DNA of 64,000 bases, taken from assembly GCF_009914755.1 (NCBI RefSeq), contig NC_060929.1. The stretch is one strand, 5' to 3'. The translations under genes and the position numbers were made by a program. This document shows, in pieces, positions 32,570-45,725 of the stretch. The notes under the pieces are model-generated. The model saw nothing but the letters and a program-made list of their open reading frames with translations, made no database searches and had not been told where the DNA came from. Within the stretch, counting starts at the first letter, position 1. Each line of letters begins with the position of its first letter. The stretch comes from the human T2T-CHM13v2.0 reference genome, Homo sapiens.

Positions 32570-33560
32570 TTAAATGTGCAAAGGACCTGAACAGACATTT
32601 CTCAAAAGATAACAAATGGCCAACGGATAGATGAAAATAATTCTCAACATCACTAATCATCAGGAAAATGCAAATTAAAAAAACAAAGAGATATAACCTT
32701 ACATTTGTAAGAATGTCTGTTATCAAAAAGACAAAAGATAACAAGCGTTGGCAAGGATGTGGAGAAAAGAGAACCCTTGTACAATGTTGGTGGGACTGTA
32801 AATTACTATAGCTATAAGGAAAACTACATGAAGGCTCTATAAAAAACTAAAAATAGAATTACCATATGATCCTGCAATCTCACTTCCAGATATATATCCA
32901 AAGGAAATGAAATCAGCATATTGAAGGGATATCTGCACTCTCATGTTCACTGCAGCATTATTCATAATAGCCAAGATGTGGAATCAACCTAAGTGTCCAT
33001 CAATGGGTGAATGGATAAAGAAAATGTGATACCTGTCAATCTAAAGTTATGCCTTTCTGAATTACAGACCTGTAGACACATAGATAGAAATAACCAATGG
33101 ACTATTATTCAGCCTTCAAAAAGAAAATCCTATCATTTGTGACAATATGGATGAACTTGGAAGACATTATGCTAAGTAAGATAAACCAGGCACAAAAAGG
33201 CAAGACATGTTATCACTTATAAAGGAGTCTAAAATAATCATATTTATATAAGAAGAGTAGAATGGTGGTTACCAGAGGCCAGGGGGCTGGGGAAATAGGG
33301 AGATGTTGATCAAAGGGTACAAAGTTTCAGTTCAACAGAAGAAATATCTTTTTGACATTTATTGCACAGCATGATAACTAGAGCTAATAATACTGTATAT
33401 TTCAAAATTGTAAAAAGTAAATTTCAAATGTTTTCACCATAAAAAGATAAGTATTTGGTGATGGATATGCTATTTGGATTGATTTAATCATTTTATATTG
33501 GATACATATATCACAACATCACTTTGTACCCCATAAATATATGTAATTATAATTTGTCAG
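32570..33560 (+). mobile_element. L1MA/MB 3' fragment
   Basis: AACAGACATTTCTCAAAAG...CAACCTAAGTGTCCATCAA...TGTACCCCATAAATAT. Confidence 0.8.
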
Positions 33561-34057
33561 CAGCCAACAATTTGTTAATTGGTGACCGTGATGAACTGTC
33601 ATAGTTAAGAGCTAGGGGTCTGGTGTGAGACCAAGTTTCCTCACCTGTATTTAGGGCTACAGCACCCCTCACTAGGTACTCTTCAATAGTCTTTTATATG
33701 GTTTCACTGCCTCCTGATCCAATCTGCTACATTGGTCTTCCACGCAATTGTCAAATTCATTTTCTAAAAATCAAGTCCTAAAATTCTTCCTCTGATAAAA
33801 TTAGCTCTCCCTTACTGAGAAATAAAATTGCTTAAATTAGCTCTCCCTTACTGAGCAAATAAAATACAAAATCATTAGGATGACACCCATGACTCCGGCC
33901 ATTGTTCACTTTTCTGGCCTTCTCTCTCAGCAACAGTTATACCTTTCTGAATAGAGAGTCCACTTCCATGTAAGGTAGTGGGCATGTTACAGGGAGTATC
34001 AATGCACCTGCTGGGTGACAGTTAAAGTTAATTCTGACTCTGTTTATGATCCCATTT

Positions 34058-34310
34058 GGGATAGTGAATAGCAAAAGTTGGATAGCAGGGGATCTGTTCT
34101 TCCAAACAGCTCTATTTCAAAACACTGCACCCACAGCTACTTGGTTCCTAAGCTCAAATAATGAGAGTTCAGGTAGCAAGGCACACCTCTATTTGAAAAG
34201 CAATGAAAATATTAGTATTGAAGTTAAATACTGAATTTATGAGAACTACTATAAACCTTCATAAAAGGATGACCCCTAAAGAAACTTGAATGTTCCCTGT
34301 ATCATTACAT
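34058..34310 (+). repeat. Copy A of an older ~250-bp direct duplication (copy B 35978-36222)
   Basis: Shared GATCTGTTCTTCCAAA...GTAGCAAGGCACACCTCT...GGATGACCCCTAAAGAAACTTGAAT; ORFs 34046.. and 35954.. give similar peptides. Confidence 0.92.
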
Positions 34311-34585
34311 AAGTTGAAAAAGTTAGGGTTAGGCATGAGGTGCTCTGTCTTCCCCAGAAACAAAAGGCTAATGGGGTGGGGGATGTTTCATGTACCTTCT
34401 TTTTGGCATCAGATTTGGTTTAAGTGTCATGAGTAGAGCCATGATAGAAGCAGAGGATGGGAAGGCAGGCTGTCTGACAGTCTATACCCCAATGATTACC
34501 AAAGTTCTGATTTATTACTAGCTTAATAATTCGTTTCTAAGAGTGTCCCAGGGAGAGAGCATAGGGAAAGTAGAATGCCACATAC

Positions 34586-34687
34586 ATAGAATATTAATGG
34601 GCTTTTCCATCAGCTGCTTCTAAGAGAGTATTCTCTTCTTAAGTAGCAGGTACTGGCTCAAAGAGTACATCTTTAAGATTCCAAGTA
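34586..34687 (-). other. ELOVL7: Candidate alternative cassette exon with in-frame stop followed by in-frame ATG (MEKPINIL)
   Basis: Acceptor CTTCATTTCATTAG|, donor CTAT|GTATGT; 102 nt, phase 1/1; TAG at 34622-34620, ATG at 34610-34608. Confidence 0.45.
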
Positions 34688-35977
34688 CTAATGAAATGAA
34701 GAAGCTGGAAGGAAAAGCAAACATGTACCTTAAGTACTTTTTGAAGTATTAAAGTTTCAGAATGGCAGCAATCTTACTCATACTCCATCTTCTTGCAAAA
34801 AAAGGATCATGACTAAGTCTGAAAAGTCATCATTTCTAATCAAACGCAAGGAAAGCTGTATTTTAAACATTAAAAACTTTTTCATTTCTCCATTATCCAA
34901 AATGCTACCATAGCATTATTTCAAACTCTCACATTTCACATCTAAGAATCCAAATAAATCCTCTTATAGCTAAGTATTAATTAAACCATTTTTTCTTCTG
35001 TAGCTGTGGAATTTTTCCACATGAAATAACTATGCATGACCACTACTTCTCTAGCAATCAGAAAACCAATGAATATCAGTAAGTTTCCTTACGCTACTCA
35101 GGGTTAGGGCTAAAGCCAAGAATACACTTGAAATTCTTGGCCCTTGATCATAAGTTCAGACATTTCCAGGGTAAGCAGACTAAAACTGGACTAAGATGGC
35201 CAAAAATGATTCCTAATGGATCTCAGAGATCAATACTACACTAAGTAGAAGGAAAAAACTTTCCTGTTATGCCTGACAGCGTTTTTTATAAAGCTGTATA
35301 TCTCAAAACAAAACATTTTAACCCTTTTAGACCATGCCTGGGAAAAAAATTATGTAAAGAAAACAATTTTTAAGTATATGCTATATGAAGAGAATTTTCA
35401 GATGAAATCTATCATCTGTAACAACCAGCACCACTCTTTTATGTTGGGATACTTCCGAAACAGCAGAGCACTTTCATGTATGTTATCTGGTAGCTGGTAG
35501 ATGCTATTCTCACTTATGTTTTGCTAATAAAGAAACAAAGACTCACAGCCAATAAATAACGTGTTCAAGATCATCCAGCTGGGCTACAGCAGTGTCAGAC
35601 CTTAAATCTAGGTCTTTTCACTCCAAATCCCCATATCCTCTCTCCCCTCCCAAGTCTTCAAATGAGCATAACTTCAAATACAAGTATTCCTTGCCTTCTC
35701 CCTGCCTCTCTCCCCTCATCTTCCCTGCACCGTTTGCAATGCTGTTGTCAGGACTCCACTCCACATCTAATCTAATTTTACTCAGCAATTTCAATGTAGG
35801 TATTCCTAATAAAAATTAAGGAGTTGATCCATGGATAAAAGTGGAAGTGGAATTCTAAAGAAGTTCATATTAAGGCATTTTTAACTTCTAGGACTACATA
35901 GATATTTATTATTATCTACATCTATTCAGCTCTTGAGTTAGCATATTGATTATTTGAGTCTCTTGGATTCTTGTATC

Positions 35978-36222
35978 TGGGATAGTGACTATCAAGAATT
36001 GGATACCAAGAGATCTGTTCTTCCAAATAACTCTATTTCAAAAACCCAATCTACTTGGTTCCTAAGTTCAAATACTGAGAGTTCATGTAGCAAGGCACAC
36101 CTCTCCTTGAAAAGCAATGAAAATATTAGTATTTAAATTAATACTGACTTTATGAGAACTACTGTAAACCTTCAGAGAAGGATGACCCCTAAAGAAACTT
36201 GAATATTCTGTGTATCATATAT
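35978..36222 (+). repeat. Copy B of the older ~250-bp direct duplication
   Basis: Aligns to 34058-34310 with moderate divergence. Confidence 0.92.
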
Positions 36223-37156
36223 TGGAAAACTAAGAAAAAAAAGTTAAGAAAAGATAGGCATAGTCACTATGTATCCCCTACCACAGTGAAGCTTCTCTCT
36301 CTATGAGATACTTACAAAGAACCTTGGCATTCCTCAAAGGAAAAACTGTTGGGAACACTTTTAGTGAGATAAATTTGGTCTTTAGTAGTCTGCTGAGAAA
36401 GCTGCAAATGATGAAACAGTGTATCTTTGCTGAAATCGTTGTAAATTTGACTATAATTTCATCTGTGGTAGGTGCCAAGAGGTGTGCATTTCCTTCCTGA
36501 ATTTGGTAGACTTGCAATTTCTAGTTGATAGGTAAGAATCAACCTAAAGTAGTGATGGTGGTGAGTATGTATAGCTCAATATCTCAAAAATAAACTCAAA
36601 TGTTAAATACCAGAGTACTACAACTAATAACCAGAACACATAGGTTCTAGTCTTTTCTGCCATCTTGACTTTGAGGTCACATTTCTTCAACTGTAAAATG
36701 AGGCATTAGCTTCGATGATATCTAAGATCCATCTCAGTTCTAAGATGCTCTGATTCTTTTTTTTGAAATTTTACTTTTGTTCTGCTTTTAAAACTTTAAA
36801 AAATGGTTATAAAAGCAACACAACATATTTGTTGTGATTTAAAAATATGTAGACAAATATAACTACGGAAATAAAAATTACCCATAATCCTACCCAGAGA
36901 TAACTGCTAAACCCCATGAAAGAAATGTATGGAGTATTTTATAACCTGCTTTCATTTAACATATTTTAAACTTCTTGCTATGGCATTAATGTCTTCTGAA
37001 ACATTGACTTTTAAAATAAATGGGCAAGGGTAAAAGGCAGGCATATCAGAATCACTCGGAGGTGTCCCAGGCAGTCATTCCCTGGTTTTCCTGTTCCCTG
37101 TTCACTCTGACAGGTTCCTGGGGGCTGCAACTCTTTCATTCAAAAGAGTTGGCAGT

Positions 37157-37463
37157 GGCCGGGCACAGTGGCTCACACCTGTAATCCCAGCACTTTGGGA
37201 GGCCAAGGCGGGCGGATCACGAGGTCAGGAGATCAAGACCATCCTAACACAGTGAAACCCCGTCTCTACTAAAAATACAAAAAATTAGCCAGGCATGGTG
37301 GTGGGTGCCTGTAGTCCCAGCTACTTGGGAGGCTCAGGCAGAAGAATGGCGTGAACCAGGGAGGCGGAGGTTGCAGGGAGGCGGAGGTTGCAGTGAGCCG
37401 AGATTGCACCACTGCACTCCAGCTTGGGCGACAGAGTGAGACTCTGTCTTAAAAAAAAAAAAA
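37157..37463 (+). mobile_element. AluY/Sc-like with internal 17-bp duplication
   Basis: TSD AAAAGAGTTGGCA; GGGAGGCGGAGGTTGCA occurs twice. Confidence 0.95.
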
Positions 37464-37825
37464 AGAGTTGGCATTAACTGTAATTTCCCTCAGGAGCATT
37501 AGGGAAGAATCAGGCTGAAGAGCACTGTCCTTCCAAAATCACTTTTAATGGCTACTAAGTTAGAATGAGTCATCATTTATTGATCAGTTCCCTTCACTGG
37601 ATATCTAGGCTATTTTCCTTACTGTAAACATTGTAATGAACATCTGTGTAGCTCCATCTTTGTACATATCTGTAATGAAACCTGTGCACTTCCTCTTCGT
37701 TAACTAGTAATAAGGGACTGTTAAGTTGCAAAGTCTCTCATTCTGTTCCAGTGAAATCCTATTAAATATGAGAATCTGACATAAAAAGGAAGGATGAACC
37801 TCAATTAGGAAATGTGGTTACTCAC

Positions 37826-37889
37826 CAGCATCTTTGATCCAATTATCATAAAGATGCACAGTCCTCGATGTAAGATCACTGAAGGCCAT
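37826..37889 (-). CDS. ELOVL7: ELOVL7 first coding exon (exon 37826-37923, with 34 nt of 5'UTR); encodes MAFSDLTSRTVHLYDNWIKDA + 1 nt
   Basis: ATG at 37889-37887 in strong Kozak context (GAAAATGG); donor G|GTGAGT at 37825; acceptor TTTTACTGAAG| at 37924; matches the recognised ELOVL7 N-terminus. Confidence 0.97.
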
Positions 37890-38984
37890 TTTCCACAGGA
37901 TTTACTGGCTCTTTTAATGGGTTCTTCAGTAAAATAAAAAAGAAATGAGTTTATAATCTATAAATGCAAATAAAGTCAAGCTTATAGTAATACATTATTT
38001 AAAATGCTAAAAATTTAATATGAATAACTGGCAAGACAACAAACTCCCACTGAAGGCAAATGCATAAGTAAATTACTTTAAACCCTGATGCAGTTGCAGA
38101 CATTTCGGGTTTTCCATCCTTCTAGAGACACTGCTAACATCACTGAAAAAGACTAATATTCTATGTACAAGACTCAAAAGCAGTAAATGACTCTAAGAAC
38201 TTTCATAGGAGCAGCTCCCTTTTATGCTGACAACATAATTCAGGAACGGACTGCACTTGAAGTGGCAAAGCTAAAGCAGAAACCCTGGAGAAGAAAGTCA
38301 AGAGATACACAAACTTTCAGAGAAGATAAACTGATCCTAGACTTAGAGCTCATCTTCAGGCCTCATAAAGTCATCTATATGCAAATTTTTATAATTTAAG
38401 TAGAATAGAGACAGAAAGAGGGAAAGGAAGGTCTATAATATCCAAGGAAAAGCTGCTTAGTTTATCTAGACAGATAGACAAGAATAACTGGAGAAAGAAA
38501 TCTGAAAAAGAAGACCAGTGAGGAGAAACTAGCCTTATTATGTATTAAAAGATATTATAAATCTGCAGTAATTAAGACACTGTGGCACTGGCACATGGAG
38601 AAACGAACGTAATAGATTAGAATGTTCAGAAATAAACTAAATACACTTGAAAATTGAGAACTATATTTCAGTAACTAAATATTTTAGTAACTAAAATATA
38701 CCTAAGATGTATATTTTACCGTATTTTAACATCTGTAAAATCAGGACTCACCTTCCAAATGAATGGTATGCCATAAAATTACTGGTATATTTGATTCAAA
38801 GCCATGTGGTGGGAACATGTAAAAGTTCTAGAGATGATGGTGGTGATGGCTGCACAACAATGTAAATGTACTTAATGCCACGGAAATTCACACTTTAAAA
38901 TGGTTAAAGTGGTAACCATTTAAATGAAAATATATATAAAATGGTGAAAATAATAGGTATATTTTACCATGATTTTTAAAAATT

Positions 38985-39294
38985 GGCCGGGTGCAGTGGC
39001 TCACACCTGTAATCCCAGCACTTTGGGAGACCAAGACAGGCAGATCACCTGAGGTCAGGAGTTGGAGACCAGCCTGACCAACATGGTGAAACCCCATCTC
39101 TACTAAAAATACAAAAACCAGCTAGGCGTGGTGACGGGTGCCTGTAATCCCAGCTATCGGGAGGCTGAGGCAGGAAAATTGCTCGAACCCAGGAGGCAGA
39201 GGCTGCAGTGAGCAGATTGTGCCACTGCACTCCAGCCTGGTCCAGCCTGGTCCAGCCTGGGCAACAGAGTGAGACTTGGTCTTAAAAAAAAAAA
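38985..39294 (+). mobile_element. AluS with triplicated TCCAGCCTGG
   Basis: Full dimer; 10-mer repeated three times at 39231-39260. Confidence 0.95.
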
Positions 39295-40330
39295 TCTTCT
39301 AGGGTTCCCACAAGAAAATTCAGACTTTCCTCTGGATTCTAAAGTAAAGCCATTTTACTTACGTAAGTATAGGTAAAATTATATATGGCATATGCTATAT
39401 GATAAAGGTGGCATCTCCAATGATTGGGCACTGAATTACCAGACATTAATCACTAAATGGTGTGGCACACCTGGACAGCCATCCGAGAAAAAAAGGTTCA
39501 ATCCAAGTGTTATAATATAAACCAAGATAAACTCCAAATAAAGCAAATATTTAAGTAAGAACAACAGAACCATGAAATCACTAGATGACATAGTAGAAGA
39601 CTTTTATAACCTTGTAGTGGGAAAGGCCTTACTAACTAAGACCTAAAATTCAGAAGACATAAGAGAAGGCTAACAAATTTAATCATAAATGTCAAACAGT
39701 AAAAAATATGTTCAATTCATATCATAGACAACGGCTACTCTCCCTAATATATGACAAGTTTCTAAAATTGATAAAAGACCTTAAGTCAATAGGAAATGGG
39801 CAAAGTTCACAGAAAAGGAAATACAAGTGGCACTCAAACATATGAAAAGTTGCTTAACTAATCATATTTAAATAATCTGCAATATTTTTTGTCTATTGAA
39901 TAGGCCAAAATTCAAACATTTTTTTTATCAAATGGGCCAAAATCCAGACAACCATTAACTGTGTTGGCAGGAGTGTGGGAAATTCTCTCTCTTCATGCAT
40001 TACTAGTGGAAGTACAAATTAGTGTAACTCTTATTGAGGACAATTTGCCATTATCAGTCAAAATTATAAATGCATACTTTTAACACAGCATTTCTACTTC
40101 TAGAAACTTATCCTGTAGAAATACATACACATATTCAGAAGGGCATATATGCAAGTTTATTCATTGCATCAGTAAGAGCAAAAGACTGGAAACAACCCAC
40201 ATGTCTACTAATGGAGAGCTGGTTAATAAGTGATAACAGATTTAACACCATGAAATATTATGACATTGTAAATAAGAATGAAGAACCTCTCCATGTACTG
40301 ATATGGAAATATTTCCAAGATAAATCACTA

Positions 40331-40655
<325 letters not shown>

Positions 40656-41469
40656 GAAAGTACAAAATTTAAAAATGATGACCTTGTATATAAAAGGAGA
40701 AAAGTCTTATGAATATAATTTTACATTTACTCATAGTTGTATAAAAGGAACTCTTAAGAGGTAGACACGAAAAAGGGAATGGGGTACAAACTGGGCTGAA
40801 GGAATGGAAGAAAGATTTTATACTGTTGTTTTGTGGCTCATATAGATATTTTACCTATCTAAAAATAAAGAATAAAATCAGCTGTACCTTTACTGGAACA
40901 TTCCTACTTAAAAACCCATATACAAATACACATATGCAGATACACCCAAAATAGAAATTTTGTCTAAATTCTTTAAGAGTTCATCCCCTCCAGAGGATTT
41001 CTCCAAGTCCAGGAAGGCATGTCAGCATGGCCTCTGTATTGATACACCCAGTCTTCTCAGCTGAGTTCAGACTCAAGACTGGCTGTGGTGATGCCAGGGT
41101 CTTGCCAGAGTCTGTCTGGACTCTTTATTTTCCTAAAAAATCATCTCTCATCTCTATAGCAAAGGTGTAATGTGGGGTTGTGAGCAGGGGCTCTCGGCTC
41201 ACAACAACCTTAGTTTTTCAATCCCACCATTTAATAGCTGTGTGACTCCAGCAAAATTACAGCTCAATTTCCTAATCTGTAAAATGGGAATTCCATTAAT
41301 TACCCACCAAGATAAAAGAAACTAACTCATAGAGTTGTTTTGAGAACCATATTAAATAATATATATTTGTAAGGTTTGTAGCACAGAATCTGATTTTTTA
41401 AAATGAGCATTCAATCAAACTTATCCTTTTGTTTTAGTTTTAGGGTGGTTGTTTTTGTCTGCTTTTTTG

Positions 41470-41767
41470 GTTTGGTTTTGTTTTCTGAGACAGGGTCTGG
41501 CTCTGTCACCCAGGCTGGAGTGCACTTAGAGAGCTTGACTCACTGCAGCCTCAACTGCCCAGGTTCAAGTGATCCTCCTGTCTCAGCCTCCCAAGTAGCT
41601 GGGACTACCAAAGCATGCCACCATGCCTAGCTAATTGTTTTATTTTTTGTAGAGATGGATTTCACTATGTTGCTCAGGCTGGTCTCAAACTCCTTGGGCT
41701 CAAGCAGTCCGCCTGCCTCAGCCTCCCAAAGTGCTGGGATTACAGGCGTGAGAAACCGCACCCAGCC
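41470..41767 (-). mobile_element. AluJ
   Basis: Reverse Alu. Confidence 0.9.
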
Positions 41768-41812
41768 AAAATCAGCCATTTATCATTTAGAGAGAGAAAT
41801 TGTGCCAATTTA

Positions 41813-42034
41813 TGGGTACATACAGACATAAAGATTAGACACTGGGGACTTCAAAATGGGGGAGGAGGAAGAGGAAAGGAGAGAGGAGGATGCAGTCTGT
41901 AAAACTTCCTATAGGTACTATGTTCACTATATGGGTGACAAGGGTAATAGAAGCTCAAATCTCAGCATCACACACTATACCCTTGTAAGAAACCTGCACG
42001 TGTACCCCCTAAATCTAAAATATATTTTTTTAAG
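41813..42034 (+). mobile_element. Short 5'-truncated L1PB-like 3' end
   Basis: 13-bp TSD TTGTGCCAATTTA at 41800-41812 and 42035-42047; similar to the 27160-27365 L1 3'UTR. Confidence 0.8.
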
Positions 42035-45000
42035 TTGTGCCAATTTAGTAGGAAAACATCTGGCCATCTCATTACCTGGTACAGTTAAATGGCAGTTTAT
42101 GGAACAAATCTAGAAAAAACTCTACTACTTTTACTTTAAGAGCTAGCATATAACAGATTGTATGATTCTTCCCTTTATGTCTTCCAATTGTCTTAGTATG
42201 AGTGTTTGAGACCACACAAAAAGCTACATTTCCCCCTCACCTTAACCACTGATATACCAGCCCTTGACCCATTATTCTCAAAATTAAACTACTGAAATAA
42301 GGCTCGTTAAGTTATTCAGAATCAGAGTGAAATATTCTAGTTTTACAAGCCATGTGGCAGGGTTAGAATTCAAAGTATTATTCTGTATCTGTGCGATTTT
42401 TTTCCTCTTCTTCTTTCACTGCCTCCACATAGGCCATTTTCCCCTCCCCAGTCCTCACCGAAGCACAAAGACTCAAAGAAACCACACTCTAATGCAGGTC
42501 AGAAATATTCACAGGCAGCCAAGAAAGCTGGTTTCTCCAATCCCAAAAACTATACAAGACTGAGACGAAGGAAGGAGGAAAGGCAGAGGAAGAACCCAAA
42601 CTAGATGAGGCAGGAGTAGATGTCATCAAAGCCAGCAGGAGATGAAGGACTACAGAGTTATGAAAAAGATCCAGTAACCATAGCTTTTTGGAGTGTGGAC
42701 TCCTCTCTCACTAATCCACTGCTTGTAGATAATCTGTTGTCCTGTCCATAGTCTTTACTATTTGTGGGCCCACCAGAAGAGAAGGAACATCCACAATTGC
42801 ACAGGGATGGGGCACAACAGAAAAACCTGATCCCCCTTACCTTGTTGGAACTGAACACAAACTACTGAGAATTTCCTTATGAGCTGAGAGTGATGGACTG
42901 GATGCCAATGTTATATTGCAGGGACTGACTGGTTTAGAAAACTGTTAACAACTGAATTATATTGCAAGTATAATGATACCCCTAGACTAGACCCAGACAT
43001 ATCTTTGCCTTCTTTTACCATGACTCATCATGGGCACTTGATTGCTAGACAATGGGCACATAAAGATAGGAGGCAAGCCTGGCATGGTGGCATGTGCCTG
43101 TAGTTCCAGCTACACGAGAGGCTGAGGTGGGAGAACTGCTTGAGCCTGGGCAACACAGCAAGACCCCATCTCTAAAAAAAATTGGAGGGAGCAATTTACT
43201 CCATGTGGTATAGGTGTATAGGTGGTAGAGATATCCTTTAGTTAACAGCAGAACCAGGACCCGAAAAGACAATTTAGAATATTTGATGGCAAAGAAGTTC
43301 AGACCTGGTGATGGCTTAAAAATCAAGGCTCTTGTATGAATGAAGCTCACCAGACTATTGAGCACAAGAGAACTGGATAGAGAAGACTAAAAATGATCTA
43401 CAAACCTATCCCCTTGATGCATCCCTGCCTCATCCGAGGTCTGACCATGGCTGGCCTGAGTTTAGTGGAGGTGCCCCATAGTCTCAACATGGTCCACACA
43501 AACTTTTCATGGAGCAGAGAGCTGGAGCAGGGAGTTGGTTAACTGCTTGAGCTATTATGAGAAGACTGAAGAGATACTATCAAGAGTTTGAGGAGTGGGA
43601 GGCCCTTCAAGATGGGTCACAGGAAGCTTTGGTGTTCAGATTGTTTTTGGACAAGCACCCACTGTACCTCTCAATGCAGTAGTTAAAGAGGTTGGTGTTA
43701 TGCCACAGAGGTTCAGAAACTCATCTCATATTTGGGTAACATGAACATGCAATTTCTCAAAGGAAGAGTGGTAATTCATAAATAGGATAATACTGCTACA
43801 ATTTTTTTTGCCCAGACCTGGAAGCCATGGGGAGAAAAATGGGCTCATGAGACTGAACTGCAGCATCTTCAAAGCGCTAGCTCAACACTGCCCTAAGCTA
43901 GCAGGCACCAAATATCAGGATGACATGTTGCTGCTTAAAGTAAAATCAAGTAGAGGAACTAGATTTGGGTTTGGGGGTAGCATACACAGAGCCCTGGAAA
44001 CATTAAAGTTCAAGAACTTTAATCTGACAGACTCCTGATACCCAAGAAATGAAGCAGAGACTTAAAACTCTAAGCAAGGGTAATGTCTTATCCTGCTGCT
44101 AAGGGGATGTGGACCTCCTACAAAGTGAGCAGCAGAGGACAGAAGCAAGAGATCCTTGTCATTTTTCTGGGAGGACTCTCAGAGGACTTGTCTGAAATGA
44201 TCTACTTGTAAGACTACAATAAAGAGGTGCCAGCTGCATACAATATCCAAGTCCTGGGGCCCATGATGGTGAAAAAGAAGAAAGTACACTAAAAAAAGAA
44301 GTATTGTACCATAACACTACCTGACTATATTTTTAGCAGTTGTTAGAGATCAGAGCTCAGCAATGAAGACATTGAGAGGTTGAGAAGAAGGTAATCACAA
44401 GAAAGCAGTGGCCCAGAATTTGGAGCTACCTTAGATTATAAGGCAGTAGAAAAATCACCACCCCTCCATTAAGGGTGGAAGAAACAAGAGAGATACTTCA
44501 GAGGAATAGCTAAGGCTCACAGTCAGAGCTCAGCCTGCCTCCAAAGGCCTGAAAAATGTATGGCAGGAGTAGAGTAAACAGGAGCTCACTCATGAGTACT
44601 GGTGCTGGTGTTTCATTGCCCCACGTCTGCAACTGCCCCATGAATACTGCTCCTTGATTTTGATAGTATCACATGACAACTCGGTCATTTGGTAACGAAG
44701 TGACTTAATTTGCCTCTTTAGACCCAAATTAAAGATGTCAGGTTCAAACATGAGAAATGCGCCTTCTTCGTAGAGCAGAAATCCCTTCCCATAGGGCAAC
44801 CTACCTGGAGACTATTCAGAGCCACAAGCTGCCTACGTTAGCATGATGTAGACCTAATACCAGAACATACACAGTGTGCCTGGGCACCTGGTCACTTTGT
44901 CCTTTTTGCCCAAGTCTATCTCAACAGTGATCAGAAGGCAGAACTCTGGGAGAGCATCTGGTTGGAATTCACTCAGATGAGGATGGGACCTCAGATGTGC

Positions 45001-45725
45001 TTGCAGTGGGAAGCACCAGACAAGAGCCCAGAAATCATGGCCAACCATTTCCAGGTAGACTTTCAAATGTAGAGATTTATTCTAATTCTGCAACAGACAT
45101 TGGAGACACTGTACCTGAGGGAAAGGAGTGGTAGAACCAGCACATGGCTTTCTAGGGCATACCTTTAATCCAGGAACACAGCTATATGGTTTTCTCTTTC
45201 TCTTTTGATGTTTGGGAGGTTCTGGCCTCCCCACTGATCTCTGCTTTAGGAATCAGATATCAGGGACAAACCTGGAAGAACAGAACTGGCTAGCCACAGA
45301 TGCTGCTCAAGGGACCACACACTGAAATGAACTGCAGGAAGGTACCAACATAGGGATGGAGCTCTGTGGTGGAACTGGGGACTGCAGGGTAAAAACCAAA
45401 TGCTAACCTTCCTATGGGAAGATTTGTCTGGCCTCATATGGGGGATGGGGTGTTTGAAACTTTACCCTTGTACAGAGTAAGGGAGGAGAAGGGTACAGGG
45501 CAAATCAAGCTATTCCGCAGAAATAATAAATCCTTAATAAAGAACGGATCAGAACATGCCTTCAAATGCAGAAGCTGTTGAGCAAAAGCAGTGTGGAGAA
45601 TAAAAAGGCAAAGGGAGCTAACTGTGACTGATTAGATAGGGACAGGGAAGTCCAGATGTGAGTCAGAATGGGGCAGTGGGATCACAGCCCAGAGGGTGGT
45701 GAAAGCCTCTCCGAGAGGAAGGTAC

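Noticed and set aside
41813-42034. Apparent duplication of 27160-27365
   Set aside because: An independent L1PB-like 3' end with its own 13-bp TSD
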